NCBI GenBank assembly: GCA_964646855.1 | Contig: CAZYHQ010000004.1 | Span: forward strand, 1-52,588 | Direction: 5' to 3' | DNA from: an uncultured archaeon | GTDB lineage: Archaea; Aenigmatarchaeota; Aenigmatarchaeia; CG10238-14; SCSR01 | Length of the DNA stretch: 52,588 nucleotides | Part shown: piece after piece, positions 1 through 8,943 of the stretch | How positions within the stretch are numbered: the stretch's first letter is position 1 | How the letters are laid out: each line of letters begins with the position of its first letter | Program-made: the position numbers and the translations under genes | The notes under the pieces: generated by a model | What the model was told of the DNA's origin: nothing | What the model saw: the letters and a program-made list of their open reading frames with translations, nothing else | Database searches by the model: none

Positions 1-43
1 CGAAATAACAAAAACTTATAAAAGTTAAAAATTATATAAAGTT

Positions 44-1660
44 GTGTCTGCGTCTTACATAGTTGTTACCGGCGGGGTTATTTCCGGATTAGGAAAGGGC
101 GTCGCAGCTGCTTCTATCGGAAAAATCTTGCAAGCTCGTGGTTTTAAAGTAACTGCAATGAAAATCGATCCTTATCTGAATTTTGATGCAGGCACACTAA
201 GACCGACGGAACACGGGGAAGTTTGGGTTACAGAAGACGGCGGAGAGATAGACCAGGATCTGGGCAACTACGAAAGGTTTCTTGACATAACAATCGGGAG
301 AGAGCACAATATCACTACTGGCCAGATTTACAGCAAAGTTATTGAAAGGGAGCGGAAGGGCGAGTACCTAGGCAAAACTGTAGAAGTCATTCCGCACGTC
401 ACAGACGAAATTGAAAGAAGAATAAAAAATGTTGCAAACAAAACCAGCGCCGATTTTGTAATTGTAGAAGTTGGCGGAACGGTCGGGGAATACCAGAATG
501 AAATTTACTATCGAACCGCAAGACTGATGAAGACAAAGGGGGAGAAAGTAGTTTTTGTCCACATGGCGTACTTGCCTGTTCCAAAACATCTTGGTGAAAT
601 GAAAACCAAACCTGTCCAGCAGTCCGTGGAAAATCTTGGCAGGCTTGGAATCCAACCGGATTTTTTAATTTGCAGATCGGAAAGCACTATCGATGAAGTA
701 AGAAAAGAGAAGATTGCAATTTTCTGCAATGTTCAAAAAGATGAAGTTATTTCAAACCCGGATTTGAAAAACATTTACGAGTTGCCGTTGATATTCGAAC
801 AGCAAAATCTTTCCGAAAAGGTTTTAAAAAAATTTGGGTTGCAACCGAAAAATTCGGATTTGCAAGAATGGCGCCAGATGGTTTCAAGGATGAACAATGG
901 CAACAGGCGCGTAAAAATCGGAATAGTTGGGAAATATTTCGACGTGGGAGATTACAAACTTCCTGACTCTTACGTTTCTGTGATTGAAGCGATAAAACAC
1001 GCGTGTGCAAACAATGAAGTAACTCCTGAAATAGACTGGATCGATGCAAAAGATTTCGAAAAAAATCCAAGTGAGCTTCAGAGATTAAAGAATTACAACG
1101 GGTTGATTGTGCCGGGCGGTTTTGGACCAAGCGGCGTCGAAGGCAAGATACTCGCAATCAAATTTACAAGGGAAAACAATATTCCGTATTTAGGATTGTG
1201 CTATGGCTTGCAACTCGCTGTTGTCGAGTACGCAAGAAGTGTTTGCAAGCTGGAAGACGCGCATACCACTGAAGTTAAACCCACGGCAAAAAATCCTGTA
1301 ATTGATTTGCTTCCGTGGCAGAAAAAAATTTTGCAGGAATCTGCTTACGGTGCAACAATGAGGCTGGGCGGACAAGCAGTAGAAATCAAATCTGGAACGC
1401 TGGCACACAAATTGTACGGCAAGGAGGAAACAACAGAAAGATTCAGGCACAGATACGAAATAAGTCCTGATTATGTGGAAATTTTGGAAAAAAACGGTTT
1501 CGTTTTTTCCGGCAAATCTTCAAAAGAAGAAAATATAATGCAAATCGGTGAATTGCCAAAGCACAGATTTTTCATGGGCAGCCAATTCCACCCAGAATTT
1601 ACTTCAAGACCTCTGAAACCCAATCCATTATTCAATGGTTTCATACAGGCGTGCATGTAA
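44..1660 (+). CDS. pyrG: CTP synthase
   Basis: VTGGVISGLGKG, KIDPYLN, EHGEV..EDGGE.DQDLG, GLCYG nucleophile motif, RFRHRYE, QFHPEF. Confidence 0.98.
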   Translation: MSASYIVVTGGVISGLGKGVAAASIGKILQARGFKVTAMKIDPYLNFDAGTLRPTEHGEVWVTEDGGEIDQDLGNYERFLDITIGREHNITTGQIYSKVIERERKGEYLGKTVEVIPHVTDEIERRIKNVANKTSADFVIVEVGGTVGEYQNEIYYRTARLMKTKGEKVVFVHMAYLPVPKHLGEMKTKPVQQSVENLGRLGIQPDFLICRSESTIDEVRKEKIAIFCNVQKDEVISNPDLKNIYELPLIFEQQNLSEKVLKKFGLQPKNSDLQEWRQMVSRMNNGNRRVKIGIVGKYFDVGDYKLPDSYVSVIEAIKHACANNEVTPEIDWIDAKDFEKNPSELQRLKNYNGLIVPGGFGPSGVEGKILAIKFTRENNIPYLGLCYGLQLAVVEYARSVCKLEDAHTTEVKPTAKNPVIDLLPWQKKILQESAYGATMRLGGQAVEIKSGTLAHKLYGKEETTERFRHRYEISPDYVEILEKNGFVFSGKSSKEENIMQIGELPKHRFFMGSQFHPEFTSRPLKPNPLFNGFIQACM

Positions 1661-1768
1661 ATGGTAACAATCAAAAAGAGATTTCGAGGGGTTAAAGAAA
1701 ACCTGAAAAGAGCGAAGGCTTACTGGGCTAGGAAATTCAAGCAGCCGAAAATCAGAAAGAATTGGTAA
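1661..1768 (+). CDS. Putative 35-aa highly basic micro-protein
   Basis: ATG immediately after the pyrG TAA; translates MVTIKKRFRGVKENLKRAKAYWARKFKQPKIRKNW*; not in ORF track. Confidence 0.45.
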   Translation: MVTIKKRFRGVKENLKRAKAYWARKFKQPKIRKNW

Positions 1769-1973
1769 AAAAAGAAAGTATTCCTCAGCTTTCGCGTCAC
1801 CGGAATTGGTAGTCATGGTGAAAACAGTCACCGTTAGGCGGCTTAGGGGATTGCGACTATTTTCTAAAAGATACTTATCCGTCCTATATATACTGCCTTG
1901 TGAAGAAAAAATCTAGACTCATCATTCAGACAAGGGGTTTAAATAATTTTCTATTGTATCATTAATAGATTGT

Positions 1974-2621
1974 ATGGTCGATGTAGTTCCGTTCACGGAT
2001 GTGTTGGTGCCTGTAAGGTTTTTCGGTTTCGACTCTGCAATGTACCTGATATCTGCGGTAATTGGTTTCCTTGTAAGTTTTTATGCATTCCGACTTTTCG
2101 AGCTGACAGAGAAAAAATTCCATTTTTACCTTTACCTGAGTTTTACCATCCTCAGCATGGGACTACTGACAGTTGCTATAACTAGCGGCTATGTGTCTTT
2201 ATACTTTTTCCAGACAGGACAGTACTTGGGTAACGACCCGTATTCCTCGGTGGATGATTTTGGATATTGGATATACTACATTACTTCCCTGATCGGCTAC
2301 GGCCTGCTGACGATGATTTATCTCCCAGAAAAGACAAAGTTCGCGCCTTTGCTGATTCCTGTGTGGAGCAGGGGATTCCCGTATTTCCAAATACTTTCAT
2401 TTTTCTTGCTTTCCTACGTGGTTTTCAGAAGCGCTGCCAACTTCGTCACAAAGAAAAACTTGAACACGTTTTTAGTTTTTGCTGCATTCGGCGCCATCGC
2501 CCTATACCACCTACTGCTGTTCTTCACATCGTTTGGAAAAATTATTTACGTAGTTGCGCACTTCTCTCTGCTTGCCGGTTTCCTGTCCCTGTTGGTAATG
2601 TTGCTTAGGGTGAGAAAGTGA
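1974..2621 (+). CDS. Multi-pass membrane protein, coupled to downstream wHTH gene
   Basis: About 6-7 hydrophobic segments; TTTAAATA TATA-like box upstream; GTGA overlap with next gene. Confidence 0.8.
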   Translation: MVDVVPFTDVLVPVRFFGFDSAMYLISAVIGFLVSFYAFRLFELTEKKFHFYLYLSFTILSMGLLTVAITSGYVSLYFFQTGQYLGNDPYSSVDDFGYWIYYITSLIGYGLLTMIYLPEKTKFAPLLIPVWSRGFPYFQILSFFLLSYVVFRSAANFVTKKNLNTFLVFAAFGAIALYHLLLFFTSFGKIIYVVAHFSLLAGFLSLLVMLLRVRK

Positions 2622-2896
2622 ATCCTCGAAGAAGCAAGATGCATATTTTTGTAGATATACTGCGTCTGATACACAGGAAGAACAACAAGGCAAAACCTAC
2701 CCACATTCTTTACGGAGCAAACCTATCGCACATCAGGCTAAAAAAGTACCTGGGCACTTTGCTTGATATGGGTTTTGTTGAAGAAACTCAGGAAAGAGAG
2801 CACACATACTTTGTTATAACGCAGAAGGGATACGAATTCTTGCGCGAATTTAGGAAAATAGAAGAAATGTCCGAAGCCTTCGGAATTCCATTGTAA
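2618..2896 (+). CDS. Winged helix-turn-helix transcriptional regulator (archaeal HTH_45-like)
   Basis: RRSK..I..DIL...KPTHILYGANLS...LKKYL..L...Y.IT.KG.EFL pattern. Confidence 0.85.
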   Translation: MNPRRSKMHIFVDILRLIHRKNNKAKPTHILYGANLSHIRLKKYLGTLLDMGFVEETQEREHTYFVITQKGYEFLREFRKIEEMSEAFGIPL

Positions 2897-2939
2897 CAAA
2901 GAATTTAATACAAAATCCTAAATTAGATTTAGTGATTGT

Positions 2940-4280
2940 TTGTATTCTAAAGAGGTTGAAAGAACTTTACGTGGTATAAATGTCGGTGACAGGGTAAAAA
3001 TTACCAAAGGTAGCGACACCTACGAAGGCATATTGATGCCGAGAATTGGAATGGGAGACAAATCATCGGTTGTTGTAAAACTCGATAACGGCTATAACAT
3101 TGGAATAAAGTACGACAAAAAAATTAAAGCAAAGCTTGTAAGCAAAGGTAAACAGGTAAAATTCAAATCTGCCGAATTAACCTTCAAGGAGGATTCGTCA
3201 AAACCTTCTGTATCAATTCTAGGTTGCGGTGGGACAATTGCGAGTAGGGTCGAATATAAAACAGGCGCGGTGTACCCGGCTTTTTCCCCTGATGATTTAA
3301 TTTTGTCTTTTCCAGAACTGAAAGAAATTGCGAATGTAGACGGTAGAAAACTTTTTGATTTGTTTTCGGAAGACATGACTCCTGAACACTGGAAGATTAT
3401 CGCACGCGAGACTGCTAAGGAAATTAAGTCTGGGGTTGATGGAGTAGTGCTCATGCACGGCACAGACACTTTACATTATACATCAGCCGCCCTAAGTTTC
3501 ATGCTGCAAAACCTGCCTATGCCCGTTGTCTTAGTCGGAGCGCAGAGAAGCAGCGACAGGGGCAGCAGCGACAACCTCGTTAACTTGGTCTGCTCGACAT
3601 TGGCTGCGGTAAAATCTGATGTTGCAGAGGTTTCGGTATGCATGCACGGTGGCATGGGTGACGAAGCTTGTTTGTTGCACCAGGGCACGAAAGTTCGTAA
3701 ACTTCACACAAGCAGGAGAGACGCATTCCAGTCTGTTAATGTCTTGCCACTTGCAAAAATCTGGTTCGCAGAAAAGAAAATTGAATATCTGAGAGGCGAC
3801 TTCAAGAAAAGGGGAGACAGAAAATTGATTGTTGATGACAAAATAAATCCGGATGTCGGTATAATCTATGCTCATCCGGGCATTAAGCCGGAATTTTTGG
3901 AATCTATGAAAAAGTTTTACGACGGCGTTGTAATTGCAGGGACAGGTTTGGGACATGTGCCAACAAATCCGTCAAAAGATAAATTCAGCAAGAGTCTGCT
4001 ACCAGCAGTAAAAAGTTTGGTTAGTTCGGGAATTCCTGTTGTGATTGTACCGCAAACAATTTTTGGCAGGATTGATCTGGATGTTTACACCTCTGGCAGG
4101 TTGCTGAAGGAGGCCGGCGCTATCGGCGACGAAGCTGACTGGCTGCCAGAAACCGCTATGGTAAAACTAATGTGGGTTTTGGGCCACACGAAAAACATGG
4201 AAAAAGTAAAAGAAATTATGTATACAAACGTTGCTGGAGAAATTTCTGAGGAAGTGAATCCACAAGCATTTTTGAAATAA
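2940..4280 (+). CDS. gatD: Glu-tRNA(Gln) amidotransferase subunit D
   Basis: N-terminal VKLDNGYNIG domain, GGTIASRV, HGTDT, GAQRSSDRGSSD, KLHTSRRDAF. Confidence 0.97.
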   Translation: MYSKEVERTLRGINVGDRVKITKGSDTYEGILMPRIGMGDKSSVVVKLDNGYNIGIKYDKKIKAKLVSKGKQVKFKSAELTFKEDSSKPSVSILGCGGTIASRVEYKTGAVYPAFSPDDLILSFPELKEIANVDGRKLFDLFSEDMTPEHWKIIARETAKEIKSGVDGVVLMHGTDTLHYTSAALSFMLQNLPMPVVLVGAQRSSDRGSSDNLVNLVCSTLAAVKSDVAEVSVCMHGGMGDEACLLHQGTKVRKLHTSRRDAFQSVNVLPLAKIWFAEKKIEYLRGDFKKRGDRKLIVDDKINPDVGIIYAHPGIKPEFLESMKKFYDGVVIAGTGLGHVPTNPSKDKFSKSLLPAVKSLVSSGIPVVIVPQTIFGRIDLDVYTSGRLLKEAGAIGDEADWLPETAMVKLMWVLGHTKNMEKVKEIMYTNVAGEISEEVNPQAFLK

Positions 4281-4304
4281 AAATTTTGGCTTAGTGAAAC
4301 AAAA

Positions 4305-5747
4305 ATGATTGATTACAAAAAAGTTGGGCTAAAAGCTGGTCTGGAAGTGCATCTGCAACTTGACACAAAATACAAACTTTTTTGCAATTCTTCAGCTGCG
4401 ATGAAAGAAAAAGAACCGATGATGATTATTGTCAGGAAACAGCATCCTGTAGCAAGCGAACTCGGAGAAGTAGACAGAGCTGCGCAATTCGAATATTTGA
4501 AGGATAGAACTTTTAACTACCAAGTTTTCCCGAACGAAACTTGTACTGTTGAGCTGGACGAAGAGCCGCCTCACACGATGAATAATGAGGCATTAAGAAT
4601 ATCTTTACAGATTGCATTGATGTTGAATTGCAAGATTCCTGATGAGATTCAGGTAATGCGAAAAACTGTTATCGATGGTAGCAACCCTTCCAGCTTTCAA
4701 CGCACAGCAATAGTAGGAACAAACGGCTATCTTGAATACAAAAATAAAAAAATTGAAATCGCTCAAGTTACGTTGGAAGAGGATGCAGCAGCTTTAGTTG
4801 ATGAAGAAAATGGAAAAGTCACCTACAGATTGAACAGATTGGGGGTGCCTCTTGTCGAGATTGACACTGGTGTGCTGGTCGGTTATGCACCGCAGGAAAT
4901 TCAAGAAATAGCATATTTTGTTGGTATGGTGGGTCGTTCAACAGGCAAGACAAAAATAGGAATAGGTAGCATCAGGCAAGATGTAAACGTAAGCATTACG
5001 AAAGGTGCGAGGGTCGAGATAAAAGGTGTGCAGGAGTTGGGCTTGCTTGCAAAAGCAATTGAAAACGAGGTAAAGCGTCAGATGGAGGCGAAGAAAGTTG
5101 AAGAAGAGACCAGGTCTGCAAAACCCGACGGCACCACAGAGTTCATGCGTCCGTTGCCAGGTGCAAACAGGATGTACCCTGAAACTGACATTTTCCCTGT
5201 TTCGATTTCTGCAAAATTTATTTCCGAATTGAAAAGGGCATTGCCTGAAAACCTCTTGGAAAAATTGGGAAAATTCAAATCAAAACTAAAATTACCTGAT
5301 CAACTTGCCAAACAAATTTTAGAATCAGAATATCTGCAGGTTTTCGAAAAAGTCATCCTGAAAGATAAAAAACTGGCAACACTAGCTGCAAATGTTTTAA
5401 CTTCTGTTGTGAAAGATTTGAAGCGCAAAAATGTTCCTACTGAAAATTTAACTGAAAATAATTTCCTGGAGTTGTTTGAAGAAATTAGAAACAAAAAGAT
5501 TGTTAAAGAATCCGTCTCTGAGATATTAGAACATATTGCTAAAAATCCTCAAAAGAAAATTACAGCAGCAGTAAAAGAACTTGGTTTGACTGCAGTTACA
5601 ACAGTTGAATTAAATAAGATAATCAAGGAATTGGTCACGCCAGAAATGAATTTTGACAAAGCTCTTGGCATCGTAATGAGCAGGGTGAGGGGAAGAATAG
5701 AAGCTCAAACTGTTGTTGGTGCTGTCCAGAAATTCTTGAAGAAATAA
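4305..5747 (+). CDS. gatE: Glu-tRNA(Gln) amidotransferase subunit E (short form lacking the AspRS-like insertion)
   Basis: GLEVHLQL..KLFC, DEEPPH, MRKTVIDGSN.S.FQRT, LEEDAA, RLGVPLVEI, IRQDVNVS, RPLPGA.RMYPETD; follows gatD. Confidence 0.95.
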   Translation: MIDYKKVGLKAGLEVHLQLDTKYKLFCNSSAAMKEKEPMMIIVRKQHPVASELGEVDRAAQFEYLKDRTFNYQVFPNETCTVELDEEPPHTMNNEALRISLQIALMLNCKIPDEIQVMRKTVIDGSNPSSFQRTAIVGTNGYLEYKNKKIEIAQVTLEEDAAALVDEENGKVTYRLNRLGVPLVEIDTGVLVGYAPQEIQEIAYFVGMVGRSTGKTKIGIGSIRQDVNVSITKGARVEIKGVQELGLLAKAIENEVKRQMEAKKVEEETRSAKPDGTTEFMRPLPGANRMYPETDIFPVSISAKFISELKRALPENLLEKLGKFKSKLKLPDQLAKQILESEYLQVFEKVILKDKKLATLAANVLTSVVKDLKRKNVPTENLTENNFLELFEEIRNKKIVKESVSEILEHIAKNPQKKITAAVKELGLTAVTTVELNKIIKELVTPEMNFDKALGIVMSRVRGRIEAQTVVGAVQKFLKK

Positions 5748-6185
5748 CTACTTAGAAATTTTTCCGCGCTCGTTGATTACCAATCTGTGGGATTTTGCTA
5801 CGCTTTTCGGATAATGCTTTACAAAATTCTTTCCCCTTATGAAAGAATTCTTCTCTGCGCTCCTGGCTTCCAATTTTTCAATAAGATAATTTGTCGCTTT
5901 TTCTAAATCAAACTCTCTGCAAGAGAAAATGTCGATGCTCGCAAAGCCGTCAGCAGGAAAGGTGTGTATTGTTATGTGGCTTTCCACCAACAGCACGAAG
6001 CCAGACAGGCCGCCTTGGTCAAAGGAGTTTGATCGTGGAGGGACTTTAGAAATTTGGGGTTTCGAAAACTTGTTCATGCCAATAAATTCCGGGAGCTCAT
6101 CTAACAATTTTAAAATAAAATCAAAATCAGAAAGCTTTTTTCCACTGCATTGGTATAAATCAAGAGTTAGATGCGGACCAAACAT
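5748..6185 (-). CDS. speD: Pyruvoyl-dependent S-adenosylmethionine decarboxylase proenzyme (SpeD/SpeH family)
   Basis: FGPHL.LDLY.C, G.SGFVLLVESHITIHTFP self-cleavage motif, DIFSC; an arginine-decarboxylase paralog cannot be excluded. Confidence 0.88.
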   Translation of the reverse strand: MFGPHLTLDLYQCSGKKLSDFDFILKLLDELPEFIGMNKFSKPQISKVPPRSNSFDQGGLSGFVLLVESHITIHTFPADGFASIDIFSCREFDLEKATNYLIEKLEARSAEKNSFIRGKNFVKHYPKSVAKSHRLVINERGKISK

Positions 6186-6278
6186 TTTCTTTTTTGCTAC
6201 TCCATCAAACTGATAAATTATTAGTAGTAAAAGTGAAGTATATAAGTCTATTGTATTTCTCCAGCCAGAAAGTTTGTT

Positions 6279-7154
6279 TCAGTCCGTATGAATCTCCACT
6301 GTGTCCATGTCCCGCAGTTTGTAGTCAAGACCGACTTTTTGTCCGCTGAATTTTGTATTATTGAATATTCTGGCAAATTTAAAAGTTTTCAAAAAATCTT
6401 TGTGGATTTGTTTGGCAACATCCTTGACTGTAGAGCTTTTTCTTAAGGCCAGGGCCGGCAAATCTTTGCTCTTCCCTGGAGACTTTGTGTAGACTCTGAT
6501 TAAACTCAAATTGTTCCAGATTTCAGTTTTCAATTCGTCCAGACCCATTCCATTTTTTGCGTCTATGCAGATCGGATTTAGTTTGCAGACTGATGATTTG
6601 TTTCTTACAACAATCGTCTTCTTTTTGTCCAAATTGTTTTCTCCCAAAATCTTTGACAGTTCTCCAATCTGGAGCTCTTCGTTGGCTGTAGAGTCGACCA
6701 GCATAATCAGCAGATCAGCACTATGCAACGAGCTGAAAAATTCAGACTTGAAGGTGGAAGGAATTTCTATAAGCTGTATCTGCAAATCCCCGTAGCCCAT
6801 CATACCCACTACCGGTGTCTTTGTTGTATACTGGTGGTCGGCGACTTTTGTCCTGACATTAGTCAAGGAATTAATCAAGGTGCTTTTGCCGCTCTGCGTC
6901 AAGCCAAATATGCAGACCTGGGCAGCGCCTTCTTTCCTGATTGAAAATTTTGGTTTTGCAGACGCCTTGCCTGATTTTTTTAATTTCACGTTTGCAAGTC
7001 GTTTCTTTAGTTGAGCTAAAAGGTGTTCCGCACCTTTGTGTTTTGGCAGCGAACGTATCATTTCCTCTAGCGCCAAAATTTTTTCTTCCTTTGTCTTTGC
7101 CTGCAGGTATTTTTTCTCAGCTAGAAAGTACTCGGGACCAGCATTGACAGGCAT
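6279..7154 (-). CDS. DRG/OBG-like GTP-binding protein with C-terminal TGS domain (divergent)
   Basis: PKHKGAEHL..QLK.RL, EGAAQV, GLTQSGKSTL, YTT..P..GM, IRVYTK, IHKDF..FKFAR, QKVGLDY.L.D.D.VEIH. Confidence 0.88.
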   Translation of the reverse strand: MPVNAGPEYFLAEKKYLQAKTKEEKILALEEMIRSLPKHKGAEHLLAQLKKRLANVKLKKSGKASAKPKFSIRKEGAAQVCIFGLTQSGKSTLINSLTNVRTKVADHQYTTKTPVVGMMGYGDLQIQLIEIPSTFKSEFFSSLHSADLLIMLVDSTANEELQIGELSKILGENNLDKKKTIVVRNKSSVCKLNPICIDAKNGMGLDELKTEIWNNLSLIRVYTKSPGKSKDLPALALRKSSTVKDVAKQIHKDFLKTFKFARIFNNTKFSGQKVGLDYKLRDMDTVEIHTD

Positions 7155-7160
7155 AAAATA

Positions 7161-7643
7161 TTATTTGCCGCTACCCTTTTTAATGAATGCCTCTCGCTGC
7201 ATGTTAATTTTGTTTTGGATTATTCTCTGTATCTGCTCCGGGTCCTTGATTCCCTTCATGACAATTTCATCCTTGAACCCAACAACACTGACATGACCAA
7301 AATCAAATATTCTTCCGACGATGCCCTTACTTACTCGCACGTCGGCAATAGACTGGAACGGCATTACGAACCTCTTCCTTCTTATAAAACCATCAAGCTT
7401 TATGACTTCGTTGTTAGTAACGACGTATTTCCTGAAAACTCTTTCCCATTCTGGCTCCTCGGACAAACCAGCTGCGATCATTAGCAACCCAAAAAAAATC
7501 ACAAAATGGGTAATGTTTTTCATTATGTCAAGATACGGAAGAATTAAAATCATTATAACAAAGACTAACCCGACCAAGGCGTAATTGTGCAGGTATGCCA
7601 ATCGCGAAGTTTTGTAGACACTGCCTTTCTCGTGCACCTTCAT
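7161..7643 (-). CDS. Membrane protein with bacterial PH (bPH_2)-like domain
   Basis: Two TM helices, then Y.VTN..V....G, I.DV.V..GI.GRIF.FG.V, GI.DP. Confidence 0.75.
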   Translation of the reverse strand: MKVHEKGSVYKTSRLAYLHNYALVGLVFVIMILILPYLDIMKNITHFVIFFGLLMIAAGLSEEPEWERVFRKYVVTNNEVIKLDGFIRRKRFVMPFQSIADVRVSKGIVGRIFDFGHVSVVGFKDEIVMKGIKDPEQIQRIIQNKINMQREAFIKKGSGK

Positions 7644-7738
7644 AATATTAATAATTTACAATTTTTCAGATATATTTTTGTAGAAAAGGAACATACCATT
7701 AAAGAAACCTCTTAGAAAAATAAAAAGAAGGAGGAAGT

Positions 7739-8152
7739 TTATTTTTCCTCTTCTTCAGATTCCTCAGCAGCTTCCACTTCAGTCTCTTCCGACTCTTCGG
7801 ATTCTGCTGCGGGCTCTTCTTCAGTTTCTTTGGACTCTTCTGCTGGAGTTGACCCAACAGTTTGAGCTGACTCGGCAGCTGCAGAAGCAGCACCAACTTT
7901 TTCGGCAATAGCAAAGCGCTCTCTAACTTCAGTTATTTTAACTTTAGCTTTTTCGCCTTGTTTTGCACCGTTGATGAACACAACGAAATTCTTTACTCGA
8001 GCGATTCCGTCTCCTCTCGAACCAACTTCGCTTATCTCAACTTCGTATTCCTCGCCGGCTTTTACAGGCTTAGGAACGTCTGATCGACCGAAACTTCTAT
8101 CTCTATCTCCGAAGCTTCGTCTTCCACCAAAACCTCTTCTTTCAAATCTCAT
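7739..8152 (-). CDS. TRAM-domain RNA-binding protein
   Basis: PV..GEEYEVEI..VGSRGDGIARVKNFVVFI.GA..GE...VKI..V...FA.A; RG/FG-rich N-terminus, acidic tail; GGAGG SD upstream. Confidence 0.92.
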   Translation of the reverse strand: MRFERRGFGGRRSFGDRDRSFGRSDVPKPVKAGEEYEVEISEVGSRGDGIARVKNFVVFINGAKQGEKAKVKITEVRERFAIAEKVGAASAAAESAQTVGSTPAEESKETEEEPAAESEESEETEVEAAEESEEEEK

Positions 8153-8337
8153 TTAGTTTAACCTCCGTTATTTGTAGAAATCCGCTAAATTTTGAAATCA
8201 AATGCAGAATTTCCTTTAACAGTATAAGAAACAGTTACTTTGCCTCCGTAGTTTTCAACTAATTATTTTTATCAAACTACAGCTATTTAAGCTTGTTTTC
8301 AAAACCTTTTTAAACCTCAATTTAGAAAGGAAGATGT

Positions 8338-8901
8338 ATGTCAGAACGAAAGGTAGAGGACATCTACATAACTTCAGCTCGGAAGCTTAGAAGCAGTTTG
8401 CCAAAATTTGTCATATTCCTAGGTTCTGCTTTTCTAGTTTGGATGGTTGGCACGCTTTTGCTGATACCGTTGGGTATAGGCGTGCACATAGGCAGTATAG
8501 AAGCTGAAAAAATTATCAACGTTATCGTTATAGTGGCAATAATCATTTTAATCTTCGGCTCTTACAGGGAGATCAAGGACGTTGCCGACGCAGCCGCGGG
8601 TTTTGTGACCTACTTTGTAGGAAATGGCAGGGTAAAAGTACATACAACAAGAATTGAAAAATTACAAAAAGCCTTCAGGAGCTTGGCATACGTAATACTG
8701 ATATCACTTTTGTTTTTGATTTTCAAGGCACTTCTTGACAGTGCACACCCTGCGTTGGCAGGAATAGTGGTTATCTTGATTTCTGTCTGGGCGATTGTTG
8801 CAATAATAACAGTTGTCATGGCTATGAGCAGCGAAGTAGAGGAAGCTGCACGCGCATTCACGAAAGAGTTGGAAACTAAAGTTAAAAGGCGAAAAAGATA
8901 G
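8338..8901 (+). CDS. Four-TM membrane protein, function unknown
   Basis: 187-aa ORF with four hydrophobic helices. Confidence 0.75.
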   Translation: MSERKVEDIYITSARKLRSSLPKFVIFLGSAFLVWMVGTLLLIPLGIGVHIGSIEAEKIINVIVIVAIIILIFGSYREIKDVADAAAGFVTYFVGNGRVKVHTTRIEKLQKAFRSLAYVILISLLFLIFKALLDSAHPALAGIVVILISVWAIVAIITVVMAMSSEVEEAARAFTKELETKVKRRKR

Positions 8902-8943
8902 TCTTGATTAAAAGAACCAGCAAAATAATATTATGGTTCATTT

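Noticed and set aside
1775-1800. Hammerhead ribozyme (CTGAGGA and GAAA on the minus strand) or fluoride riboswitch
   Set aside because: Core elements are in the wrong order or spacing and the required stems are absent.
1628-1831. 67-aa minus-strand ORF after pyrG
   Set aside because: Overlaps the pyrG end and the better-placed basic micro-ORF, with no motif support.
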